A stretch of 38,475 nucleotides of DNA from an uncultured Bacteriovoracaceae bacterium (GCA_964395265.1 CAYNDM010000002.1:1-38475), one strand, 5' to 3'; shown: positions 26,628 to 35,376, counted from the stretch's first letter. The notes: a model not told the origin generated them from the sequence alone. Made by a program: numbers and translations.

Positions 26628-29624
26628 ATGGATAAGATCACGGCAATCGAAAGCGCGCGGCTACGATCGGTCCTGACTGGACTTCCCGCCCAATGGGTAG
26701 AGGCCGTATTGGCGGATGCGGAGCTCGTCAATTTGCCCAAGGGGCAAGCGCTTTTTGCCCCCGGCGCCGAGCGCGTTCCCTGGATCGTGGCCGAAGGTCA
26801 GTTGTCTCGGGGATCCGAATCCGCGATATCAGGCGATCTGGTCGATCCGCGGGAGGACGCTTCGGATGAACGCGAGGCTATAGACTGGTCCGCTGAGGAA
26901 GTCAGTGGAGTCCTGCTTCTTCAGCCCTCCGCCTACGACCGGCTATTGGGCGAGGATCCCTCCGCACGCGAATACTTTCGTAGGTCCAGGCTTGAGTCCC
27001 TGCGCGGGCTCAAGATCGATCTGGTTCTGTCGGGGTTGCCGCAATCGCTGCTTTCTCCCACGCTGAACGCGTTGGTCGAGATGACATTCGAGGAATTCCA
27101 GAACGTTTGGGGGGATTCCACAGGGCTCCTGGTAGTCCAAGAAGGTGGGATCGAGGCGACTTCCCATAGGGGAGGAGACACGCTAGGAGTGGTCTGGCGT
27201 GGCGATTATTTTTTCTGTCGACGCACGCGCGCGTCGATTCAATGGATCGCGCGGCCAGAGACTCGGGTTTGGTGGCTCGGCTCCGGGCATTGGGCGCGGG
27301 CTTGTCGGACCAACCACGTCCACGGGATTTTTCCGGTACTCGATCCGTTGAAGAAAAAGATCGAGGCGGGACTGCACAAGCTCAAGGCGGTCTCGCCGAG
27401 GCACGCGAGCGAGGTCTCCGAGGACGATGGGGACGACGAGGATTTAGACCGCTTTTTTGCCAACGGAGAGGACTATGGTTGGAAGCCGCCAAGGCGATCC
27501 GCGGTCGTCATCCAGAACGACGAGATGGATTGCGCGGCGGCATGTCTTGCCTCGATCTGCGCTTACCATGGCAGAAGGATCGGCATCCAGAAGCTTCGCG
27601 AGCTCCTGCGGGTGAGCCGGGACGGAACGTCTCTTGAGTCACTCCTTGAGGGCGCGCTCACCGTGGGATTCGATGCCGTGCCGCTTGAGCTGGACGCATC
27701 GGACTTGGGGAATCTGAAACTGCCGTGCATCGCCCTCGTGGGTTATCACTACATGGTACTCTACGACTTCGGGCAAAGGGGCGCGCTCGTGATGGATCCC
27801 TCCGTGGGGATTCTGCGAAAGTCCTCCGAAGAGTTTCTGCGGGATTGGTCCGGTTACGCCCTGGCTCTCAGACCGACTGAGTCGCTTTTCCGTTATCCGG
27901 AGTCCGGTACGGATTATGCGAAGTATCTCGCGCTTCTGAAACACCACTGGGGCAGCGTAGGCGAGCTCTTTCTCGCATCTTCCCTGGGTCTGGCCTTGAG
28001 CCTGGCAGTGCCATTGGGGATGCGAACTCTGCTCGATGATATCGTGCCGAAAGGGAACCCGCCTGAGCTTCGCGTGGCGGTGCTCGTGGTTCTTGGAATC
28101 GTCGCGGTTTCGGGCGTGTTCGGGCTGATTCACCAGTACCTGATGGATCATCTGCGAGCGAGGCTGGAGACGAAGTTCTCCGCACTGTTCATCACGCATG
28201 TTTTCAAGTTGCCTCTCAGCTTCTTCTCTCTTCGGAAGGTCGGTGACATCACCTCCCGGATGGTCGATCTGATCTGGATCCGAGACGCCTTTACCGGCCA
28301 CGCCAACGAGATCATCCTCGGTGGGATGGCCATGCTGGCCTACCTCGTTCTGCTCGCTGCCTTTAGCTGGCAGGTCGCTTTGATGGCCTGCCTGATCCTG
28401 GGCGGCCTGGCCTTGTTCATCGTGTGGATTTTCAGAAAGCTCTCCGTCGTTCGAAAAGAGCTGATGAGCGCGACCGCCCTTACCAAGAGCATCTTATTCG
28501 AGCAGTTTCGCTCCCTCGAGACTCTGAAATCCTTGAATGCGCAGGTGCAGGCGCGGTGGCGATGGGAGTTTGCCCGTCTCAGGATGCTGCAGGCCGAACG
28601 CAAGTCCCGATTCCTGCTTTGCGGGGTCTTGGGTGCGTCGGAGCTGGCGCGGAACGCGTTGATCATCGGCGCTCTCTCGTTGGGCGCGGTGCTCCTGCTC
28701 GATGGAAAGCTTTCGCCGGGTCAGCTCGTGGCCATCAACGCGATCATAGTCGGGCTCACCACGCCGTTGCTGATGGTCATCGATCGACTCGGAGATTGGA
28801 ACCAGGTCGTCGTCTCCTTCGGGAGGGTCGACGACGTGTTCGTCGCTTTGCCGGAGCAGCGATGCGCCAAGGAGCGACCCGTCGAATTCGCTTTCGCCAA
28901 CGAGATCCGCTTCGAGGACGTTTACCACTCTTACGGGGATCCTTCGGAGGATGTCCTGAATGGAGTCAGTTTCTCGGTCAGGGCCGGGGACACGGTGGCC
29001 TTCGTGGGATCGAGCGGCTCGGGGAAGAGCACGCTAGCTTACTTGATCAGCCGTCTCTACCGTCCCCGCGAGGGCAGGATCCTGATCGATGGGGTGGAGT
29101 CCGGGGATTTCGCGCTCGAGGAGCTCAGGCGGAACGTGGGCATGGTGATTCAGGAGAACAGCCTGTTTTCAGGCTCGATTCTCGAGAACATCGCCTCCGG
29201 ATCCCCTCACCCCGATCTGGAGCGCGCGATCCGCGCGGCGATCCTGGCGGACGCCCATGAGTTCATCTCGCGACTTCCACAGGGCTACCTGAGTCAGCTC
29301 GGCGAGGGAGGCATGGGCCTTTCGGGAGGCCAAAAGCAGAAGATCAATATTGCCCGCGCGCTGTACAATGACCCGCCGATCCTCATTCTTGACGAGGCTA
29401 CCTCCGCCTTGGACGCCATCTCGGAGGAGTCGATCATCCGGAACCTTCGCAATATCGGGCGCAAGCGAACACTGATATTCATCGCTCACCGCCTGAACAC
29501 CATCCGGCATGCCGATCGGATCCTAGTGCTCGAAAAAGGAAAGATCGTAGAATCGGGGAGCCATGACGAGCTTCTCGGCCGAGGCGGAGTATACTCCCAG
29601 CTCCTGCGCGATCAGCTATCCTGA
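26628..29624 (+). CDS. Peptidase-containing ABC transporter (PCAT): cNMP-binding-like domains + intact C39 peptidase + TMD + NBD
   Basis: C39 catalytic set: VIQNDEMDCAAACLASI (Gln/Cys), GYHYMVLYD (His), VMDPSVG (Asp). Six-TM ABC_membrane region is present. NBD: Walker A GSSGSGKST, signature LSGGQKQ, Walker B ILILDEATSALD, H-loop IAHRL. Confidence 0.85.
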   Translation: MDKITAIESARLRSVLTGLPAQWVEAVLADAELVNLPKGQALFAPGAERVPWIVAEGQLSRGSESAISGDLVDPREDASDEREAIDWSAEEVSGVLLLQPSAYDRLLGEDPSAREYFRRSRLESLRGLKIDLVLSGLPQSLLSPTLNALVEMTFEEFQNVWGDSTGLLVVQEGGIEATSHRGGDTLGVVWRGDYFFCRRTRASIQWIARPETRVWWLGSGHWARACRTNHVHGIFPVLDPLKKKIEAGLHKLKAVSPRHASEVSEDDGDDEDLDRFFANGEDYGWKPPRRSAVVIQNDEMDCAAACLASICAYHGRRIGIQKLRELLRVSRDGTSLESLLEGALTVGFDAVPLELDASDLGNLKLPCIALVGYHYMVLYDFGQRGALVMDPSVGILRKSSEEFLRDWSGYALALRPTESLFRYPESGTDYAKYLALLKHHWGSVGELFLASSLGLALSLAVPLGMRTLLDDIVPKGNPPELRVAVLVVLGIVAVSGVFGLIHQYLMDHLRARLETKFSALFITHVFKLPLSFFSLRKVGDITSRMVDLIWIRDAFTGHANEIILGGMAMLAYLVLLAAFSWQVALMACLILGGLALFIVWIFRKLSVVRKELMSATALTKSILFEQFRSLETLKSLNAQVQARWRWEFARLRMLQAERKSRFLLCGVLGASELARNALIIGALSLGAVLLLDGKLSPGQLVAINAIIVGLTTPLLMVIDRLGDWNQVVVSFGRVDDVFVALPEQRCAKERPVEFAFANEIRFEDVYHSYGDPSEDVLNGVSFSVRAGDTVAFVGSSGSGKSTLAYLISRLYRPREGRILIDGVESGDFALEELRRNVGMVIQENSLFSGSILENIASGSPHPDLERAIRAAILADAHEFISRLPQGYLSQLGEGGMGLSGGQKQKINIARALYNDPPILILDEATSALDAISEESIIRNLRNIGRKRTLIFIAHRLNTIRHADRILVLEKGKIVESGSHDELLGRGGVYSQLLRDQLS

Positions 29625-29632
29625 TGCTCGTC

Positions 29633-31222
29633 TCAACGGATGTATCGTCCGGGAGAAATGATGCCGTGCGGATCCACGGCCTGCTTTATGGAGCGGAGCA
29701 GTTCATTGTAGCTTCCACGTATCGGAGGCAGGGATCCCATCGAATTCACGCCGAGCCGGTAAGGAATGTAGCCGAGGCGAATTGACTTCTTGAAGAGGAA
29801 CTCGTAGCAGGCCATCGCCCTCTCATCCTCTCCGGGGTAATCGCGATCGAAGGGACAGCGGGTGACCGCTTTGAGAGTGGGGCCGACGGTGGAAAGTTGA
29901 AGCCCTACCCCGATTTCGAGCTGAAATCGATCCATCGCCTCTTCGAGCAAATCCGTGTACAGGCGAACGTCTCGACCAGTCATTGGGATAATGGGAACGA
30001 ACCAGAATAGGCCGCATCGATCTCCGTCCGGGTCGATTTTAGCCGGGATCGGCATCTTCTTGCGCCAATAGGCCTCGAACAGGGTGTTCTTGCTGGGATA
30101 TCCCACGCACGGATTTCTTCGGAGCGAATCCGCCATTTGAGCGATCTGTCCTGGGCTGAAAGGAGAGCGCTTGGACTGTCTGAGCCGCCTGATCGTGTCC
30201 TGACTGAGAAAAAAGAGGTCGCCTACGCATTTGGAGATCTCGCGCGCGACCAGTGAGCATTCGGCCTCGCCTATTTCCTTTGAGGGCGCCGCGATAGGCA
30301 CTTGGCCGTTCCAGAGGTTCACGCCATGGATTTGCCGCAACTTCTTTCTGAGCGAAGGTGAGAGGCGGCGTTTTCCATTCGCGCTTTCCCAGGGAAACTG
30401 CTGGTTGATCATGATGTGGAGCAAGTCGCTGAAAATCACGGTGCGGCTTCGAAGAGCGTCGCTGAGCCTCATTTGGCGGAATTTGTCCACGACCGCCTCC
30501 AGCTTTTTCGGCTGGTCGGTCCCGAAGGAAATGACTTCGAAATGCTTTGGCTTGGGGTAAAGGGCCAAGGTCATTCGTGTCGCTATTCCCAATCCGGATT
30601 GGATGAAAATCCCTTCGACCCTGGGACCGACGCCGCGATTGTAGAGGTTTGCCGATCGGCTGGATTCGAACCTCGACATCCCCGTATAGAGGAGTTCTCC
30701 GTTGGGCAACACGAGCTCGATCGCATGGACGCGGGGAAGTTGGTCGTCTCCGTTCTTCCCGTATCCGGCTCCGTCTTCCATGATATTGCCGATGAGGCTG
30801 CCTTCAGGGTTCGCGCTGATGTTGACCATGAAGGGAGACTTGCGCTTCAGCAGGTACTCGGACGCCATTTCGGCGGATACGCCTGGCTCGACCGTAATGT
30901 ACCCCATCTCCTCGTTGTATTCGACGATCCGATTGAGTCTCCCCAGGTACAAGAGGACACAGTGATCGGATGGGGGGACCATCGAGCCGTATCCCCAGTT
31001 TTTTCCCAGGCTGACCGGATAAAGCGGGACCTTGAATTTCGCCGCCGTGCGGACGCAGGCTTGGACTTCTCGCGTGGTGCGGGGCCTGAGGACGGCTCTG
31101 ATGCGCTGACGAGTAGGGAAGGTGCAGCTTGAGAACTTCCTGATGGAGTCAGGATCGGAAAGGACGTGCGAGGTACCGATCGCGCGCTTCCATTCTGCCA
31201 TTGCGCGAGCGAGATAGGGCAT
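29633..31222 (-). CDS. FAD-linked oxidase, VAO/PCMH (vanillyl-alcohol oxidase / p-cresol methylhydroxylase) type
   Basis: FAD_binding_4 pattern: ..AVLRPRTTREVQACVRTAAKFKVPLYPVSLGKNWGYGS...LGRLNRIVEYNEEMGYITVEPGVS... The C-terminal segment is VDPHGIISPGRY. The GxNxGYG motif resembles VAO/PCMH rather than the GlcD subgroup. Confidence 0.7.
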   Translation of the reverse strand: MPYLARAMAEWKRAIGTSHVLSDPDSIRKFSSCTFPTRQRIRAVLRPRTTREVQACVRTAAKFKVPLYPVSLGKNWGYGSMVPPSDHCVLLYLGRLNRIVEYNEEMGYITVEPGVSAEMASEYLLKRKSPFMVNISANPEGSLIGNIMEDGAGYGKNGDDQLPRVHAIELVLPNGELLYTGMSRFESSRSANLYNRGVGPRVEGIFIQSGLGIATRMTLALYPKPKHFEVISFGTDQPKKLEAVVDKFRQMRLSDALRSRTVIFSDLLHIMINQQFPWESANGKRRLSPSLRKKLRQIHGVNLWNGQVPIAAPSKEIGEAECSLVAREISKCVGDLFFLSQDTIRRLRQSKRSPFSPGQIAQMADSLRRNPCVGYPSKNTLFEAYWRKKMPIPAKIDPDGDRCGLFWFVPIIPMTGRDVRLYTDLLEEAMDRFQLEIGVGLQLSTVGPTLKAVTRCPFDRDYPGEDERAMACYEFLFKKSIRLGYIPYRLGVNSMGSLPPIRGSYNELLRSIKQAVDPHGIISPGRYIR

Positions 31223-31370
31223 AGGCTCATTCTCCGGAAGGATTTCGCAGATTTTCCACAGTATAGGAAATGCGACCGGCAGGGGCTAGGTGAAAATGAA
31301 TGGCGGATTCCGGAGAGAGACCGCACGTTGCGAACGGTGAGGGCGCCCCTTCGCATGCGCGTGGCGCATA

Positions 31371-31404
31371 AACAAAAAGGGATGGGCTGTGATCAGCCCA
31401 TCCC
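31371..31404 (-). terminator. Strong rho-independent terminator directly after the small peptide gene
   Basis: On the minus strand, GGGATGGGCTG-ATCA-CAGCCCATCCC (11-bp perfect stem, plus coordinates 31379-31404) is followed by TTTTTGTT (31371-31378). Confidence 0.85.
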
Positions 31405-31450
31405 AAACTCTAGACTTTATAGCCCCGAGTTGAAGTCAGCAAGCCCTCGC

Positions 31451-31543
31451 TTAGTACGGAGGCTTAAATACAGGCTTTGCACCACCTTTGATCTTTTTCA
31501 GACTCGATTTGCTGAGTTTCTTTTTGCTTGCTTGCTTCTTCAT
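31451..31543 (-). CDS. 30-aa double-glycine-leader precursor peptide: MKKQASKKKLSKSSLKKIKGG|AKPVFKPPY
   Basis: My own translation of the minus strand; the ORF is absent from the track because it is under 60 aa. AGGAG lies 5 nt upstream of the ATG at 31543, and the stop TAA is at 31451-31453. The leader matches LSxxELxxIxGG at L-12, S-11, L-7, I-4 and G-2/G-1. A terminator follows, and C39-ABC exporters are encoded nearby. Confidence 0.7.
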   Translation of the reverse strand: MKKQASKKKLSKSSLKKIKGGAKPVFKPPY

Positions 31544-31883
31544 ACGTTCTCCTAATCCCCGTAATCGGATCGGTGACCTCGCACGGTTTACGGGGAAGAT
31601 CCCGGGCGAAGTCTAGGCCCCCTCGCTGAATGATTCCGTCGGCTCTCGCCTCAGGTGCTATCAGATCAGTGACCCAATACTTGATAGATTAAGTCAGAAA
31701 TTAAGATGCGACAAGTGAATTTTTCCGAGCGAGCTCGAGCCTGAAATTCGTCTTCACGAAATCCGTGAAAATCGCCCGGAATTTAGGGTATTTTTTGACT
31801 GAAAAAGAGTGTGTCGCGATGTGCTCGTGACACAGGCAGATCGATTGCCTCGAACGCGGATCCCATGCTCGCTTTTGGCTTCA

Positions 31884-31912
31884 TTGCAGGCATCGGGTGT
31901 CTGACTTACAAT
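31884..31912 (+). promoter_or_regulatory. Candidate sigma-70-type promoter for the glycosyltransferase gene
   Basis: TTGCAG (31884-31889), a 17-nt spacer, then TACAAT (31907-31912), about 33 nt upstream of the ATG at 31945. AAGGAAGG serves as the SD. This is a pattern match only. Confidence 0.3.
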
Positions 31913-31944
31913 AGAGGCTCCACAAAACCTAAGGAAGGGTACTT

Positions 31945-32882
31945 ATGAAAAGAGGCAATAGGACGAACGCGACCACTTCGGCTGTGAGCGGGTCGCCGCT
32001 GGTCAGCATCATCATGCCTGCCTACAACGTGGAAAAGTACATCGGGGATTCGATTCGCTCCGCTCTCGCTCAGTCTCACAGAAACATCGAGCTTATCATC
32101 GTCGACGATGGCTCGCGCGATCGGACCGCGCGCGTCTGCCAGACGTGGTGTCGGCGCGACCGTCGAGTCCGGCTGATCCGAGCGAGGAATGGAGGGGTCG
32201 CCAGAGCCCGGAATATTGGGATCCGGAGCGCCAAGGGCGAGTGGATCGCGTTCATGGACTCGGATGATCTTTGGAAGGCAAGGAAGCTTGAGCGGCAGCT
32301 CCGAGCCGCGCGCGAAATGGGCGCGGATGTGGTCTATACGGGGGCATGGATGTTCTGGAACGATCGTCCGGAGCGCCCCGAAGTGCCTCTCGGTATCAGG
32401 GCCGGGCGTTTTACCTCCGAAGCGATGCTGAATGCCTGCTGGGAGGCAGTCACTTCCTCCCTTCGACGGTGCTCATGTCGAGAGAGATCATCCGCAGGAC
32501 GGGCCTCTTCAAGGAAAAGGGCTGGATCGCGAGAGAGGTGGAAGACTGGGAGTTCTTCATCCGAATGGCGGATCGGGGAGGCGGCGTATTTTTTGGGTTG
32601 GAAGATTGCCTGGTTCTATATCGGGTCAGGCCGGGATCGACCTCAAGCTCGCATGAGCCTCACCATTGGGGAATGCTGAAGCTGCTCGATATCTATCGGG
32701 AGCACCCTAAAGCCAAGAAAGTCGTGATCAAGGCGTCGTATATGCAGACATGTCGCAGGATCGTGGCATTTCAGTATGGGAATCGGGCCTTCAATCAGCT
32801 CGGAAAGATCTTCGAAGCCGTACGGAGCCACTATCCCGGCGAACAGAAGCGCTTCCTCGAGTTCATCAACCAGATCCTGTGA
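31945..32882 (+). CDS. Family-2 glycosyltransferase, reading frame broken once (near 32436)
   Basis: GT2 motifs VSIIMPAYNVEKYI, ELIIVDDGSRD and AFMDSDD are in ORF 31945..32679. The continuation LLGGSHFLPSTVLMSREIIRRTGLF...EDWEFFIRMA...LVLYRV is in ORF 32346..32882. Adding one C to the CC at 32435-32436 gives ..SEAMLNALLGGSHF... Confidence 0.75.
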
Positions 32883-32885
32883 GGC

Positions 32886-33962
32886 TCATTTCTTACCGAT
32901 GATGATGGCCCTGGCCTGTCTCTCGAAACGAAGGATACTGCGCCGCGAGAACCCGGCAGTTTTGAGCCAGGCGCTGTAAGTCGCGGCCGGATAGACCATG
33001 CCTTCGCCGGTGGCCAGGCAGTGGAAGTAAAGGGAGAGGGCGGCAGCGCCCATGTCTCCCGTCTCGTCGTCGTTGCTGACCGAGTTGAAGATCATCAGCG
33101 AGCCGCCGGGTTTGAGAGCGTCGAAGCTCTTTTTCATCAGCTTCAAGTTCGTCTTCGGCGAGTAGATGTTGAAGATATGGGAAAAGTAGATCCCATCCAT
33201 TCCTGAAGTAAACCGGTCCTTGACGAAGTTGCCGGGATGGATGCTGATTCGATCCGAGAGCCCGTGTTTGGCGATATTCTTCTTCGCCCGCCGGCAGATC
33301 GAGGGTAAATCGAAGATCGTGATTTTCAGGCGAGGGTAGCGCTGGCACATCCGGATGGCATGGGTGCCATCGGCGCCGCCTACGTCCATGAGGTGCCTCA
33401 TCTTGCCGATCGTGGGATCGAGGGCGGGAAGATACACATCCTCGAGCTCGTCGGTGATGTATTTGGCGATGCCCCTCATCCAGGCATGAAAGATGGTCTC
33501 ATTGTCGCGGTGGCCGCTGAGGCGTTCGTAAAGCGTGTTTCCCTTGCCAGGGAATTCCTTGAGTCCGGTGTTCGTGCCCTTCTTCAGGGATTCGAGCAGA
33601 TGGTTCATGGGCCGGTAGATCAACGAGTGATTGGCCTCGAGGATCGGACGGACGTTGTATGGACTTCCCTCTCCGAATAGTGCCGTGGCGACCGGGTGAT
33701 TGCTGTAGGTGCCGCGGGTCCGGTTCTTCTTGATGAGATTGAGCGAACAACAGGCCATGAGCAGGACGCGGGCGGAATTCTCGGGGATTCTCAATGCCGA
33801 ACGGATATCCGTCATGGTACGGCCCGGGCGGTTGGCGAGGTAGGTGAACAAACCCAGTCTGGTTGCGGCGTAGATTGCTTCCGAAAAGGCGAAACCGTAA
33901 ATCAGCAGATCCAGGTGATGCTCGGGATGGAATGTGTTCACCGTGCGTTGTCGTCTTGCCAT
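32886..33962 (-). CDS. Class I SAM-dependent O-methyltransferase (Methyltransf_2 / COMT-ASMT-like, with N-terminal dimerisation wHTH)
   Basis: SAM motif I is HLMDVGGADGTHAI, with acidic D at ITIFDLP. The N-terminal helix-rich domain is LIYGFAFSEAIYAATRLGLFTYLA. A strong SD (GAGAGGGGAAG) lies upstream of the ATG. Confidence 0.8.
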   Translation of the reverse strand: MARRQRTVNTFHPEHHLDLLIYGFAFSEAIYAATRLGLFTYLANRPGRTMTDIRSALRIPENSARVLLMACCSLNLIKKNRTRGTYSNHPVATALFGEGSPYNVRPILEANHSLIYRPMNHLLESLKKGTNTGLKEFPGKGNTLYERLSGHRDNETIFHAWMRGIAKYITDELEDVYLPALDPTIGKMRHLMDVGGADGTHAIRMCQRYPRLKITIFDLPSICRRAKKNIAKHGLSDRISIHPGNFVKDRFTSGMDGIYFSHIFNIYSPKTNLKLMKKSFDALKPGGSLMIFNSVSNDDETGDMGAAALSLYFHCLATGEGMVYPAATYSAWLKTAGFSRRSILRFERQARAIIIGKK

Positions 33963-34163
33963 CTTCCCCTCTCAGTCATTTTTTTGGTGGTGACTGTAGT
34001 ATGCGCAGACTCACGCGATTTCTTCAAGATTACGCGGCTTGCGTTCGCTTCTGTCAATTTCCTGACTTCAAGGGGGATCGTCCGGTTCACGGGTTTCTGT
34101 AGACATTGTCAAGAAATCTCCCGATGATTGAAAGAGATCCAAGACATCGCAAGGGAGATCCGA

Positions 34164-35363
34164 ATGACCAAGTCCGGAGTTGGTTATAGCGAGAAAGTGA
34201 ATTCGAACGAAGCAGGGACGGAGGCAGCCCAGCAGGCTCTAGCGTCCAGCAAGATATCGGGCAGGAAGGTCGCCTTGCTCTTCTCGACTGCCAAGCACAA
34301 CCCCAAGGAGCTTCTGTCGTCGGTGCTTTCGGTGCTCGGTGCGGATACCAAGATCTACGGCGGCTCCGTTTGCGGCATCATCAGCAAGGAAAAGGTCAGC
34401 TACAACGGCTTCGAGGTCGGTCTCGCCGTGTTCTCCGCCGACGAAGTCAAGATCGACGGTCACATCGTCAGAAACATCAAGGGCAGGGAGCTGGAGTCCG
34501 GCGTCGAGCTGGGGCAACAGCTTGCATCGCGGAAGTTCGCGGAGGACGATACGTTATTCGTCGGATTCGAGGCGATCCGAGGCGAGGGGCCAACCCAGCT
34601 GTTGAACTTCGGAACGCCGATCCTCGAAGGCATGTCGCAGTCGCTGAAGTCCTGGCCGAACACGATAGGCGCTGCATTTCAGGGCGATTTCAATTTTCAG
34701 TCGTCCTTCACGTTTTTCGACAGCGAGGTCGAGACGGCCGCCGCCATCGCGCTGATCATTTCGGGCAAGAAGAGCCGCTCCGTCCTGATGCATGGCTGCA
34801 CGCCCATGAGCGACTATTACAAGATCACCAAGTGCGCGGGCAACGTCGTGCTCGAGATCGACGGCAAACCGGCGCTCGAGCGGGTTTCGGAGATTCTCGG
34901 GCCCGGCTCGGACAAGACCTGGGAAGAGTACCCTCTCTATCTGAATTTCGGACGAAATCACGGCGACAAGTTCGACGATTTCATCGAGGAGCGCTACACG
35001 AACAATATGTGCGTGGCGATCGATCCCCCGAGCAAGGCATTGGTGCTTTTCGAGCCCAGCTTCAAGGAAGGCGACGAGTTCCAGCTCATGCGCCGCCATA
35101 AGGAGTTCAATACTATGGAGGAGCGCCTGGACGGATTTTTCAAGGAAGGGAAGGCGCCGTTTTTCAATCTTTACGTCGACTGCGTGGGCCGTTCAGGCAT
35201 GCTCATGGGAACCGAGACCGAAGACGCGACCGTCGTTCAGAAATTCGTGAAGGACGCCCCTGCGGCGTTCTTGGGCATTTACGGGGGCCGAGAGATCGCG
35301 AAGTTCGGCGCCCAGCCCGCAGTGGTCTGCCTCACCGGCGTGCTCACGTCGTTCGCGGACTGA
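34164..35363 (+). CDS. FIST-domain (FIST_N/FIST_C) sensory protein
   Basis: AGGGAG lies 6 nt upstream of the ATG at 34164 (the track starts at TTG 34128). The layout and motifs are typical of FIST proteins: ..AGTEAAQQAL...VALLFST...IYGGSVCGIIS...; later FFNLYVDCVGR and FLGIYGGREIA. Confidence 0.7.
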   Translation: MTKSGVGYSEKVNSNEAGTEAAQQALASSKISGRKVALLFSTAKHNPKELLSSVLSVLGADTKIYGGSVCGIISKEKVSYNGFEVGLAVFSADEVKIDGHIVRNIKGRELESGVELGQQLASRKFAEDDTLFVGFEAIRGEGPTQLLNFGTPILEGMSQSLKSWPNTIGAAFQGDFNFQSSFTFFDSEVETAAAIALIISGKKSRSVLMHGCTPMSDYYKITKCAGNVVLEIDGKPALERVSEILGPGSDKTWEEYPLYLNFGRNHGDKFDDFIEERYTNNMCVAIDPPSKALVLFEPSFKEGDEFQLMRRHKEFNTMEERLDGFFKEGKAPFFNLYVDCVGRSGMLMGTETEDATVVQKFVKDAPAAFLGIYGGREIAKFGAQPAVVCLTGVLTSFAD

Positions 35364-35376
35364 ATGGATCAGAGCG

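Noticed and set aside
31166-31555. 129-aa plus-strand ORF covering the small-peptide region, and 30847..31356 (-) overlapping the oxidase start
   Set aside because: Composition is implausible (Cys/Arg-rich) and there is no SD. The region is better explained by the minus-strand SD + 30-aa ORF + terminator unit and the oxidase 5' end.
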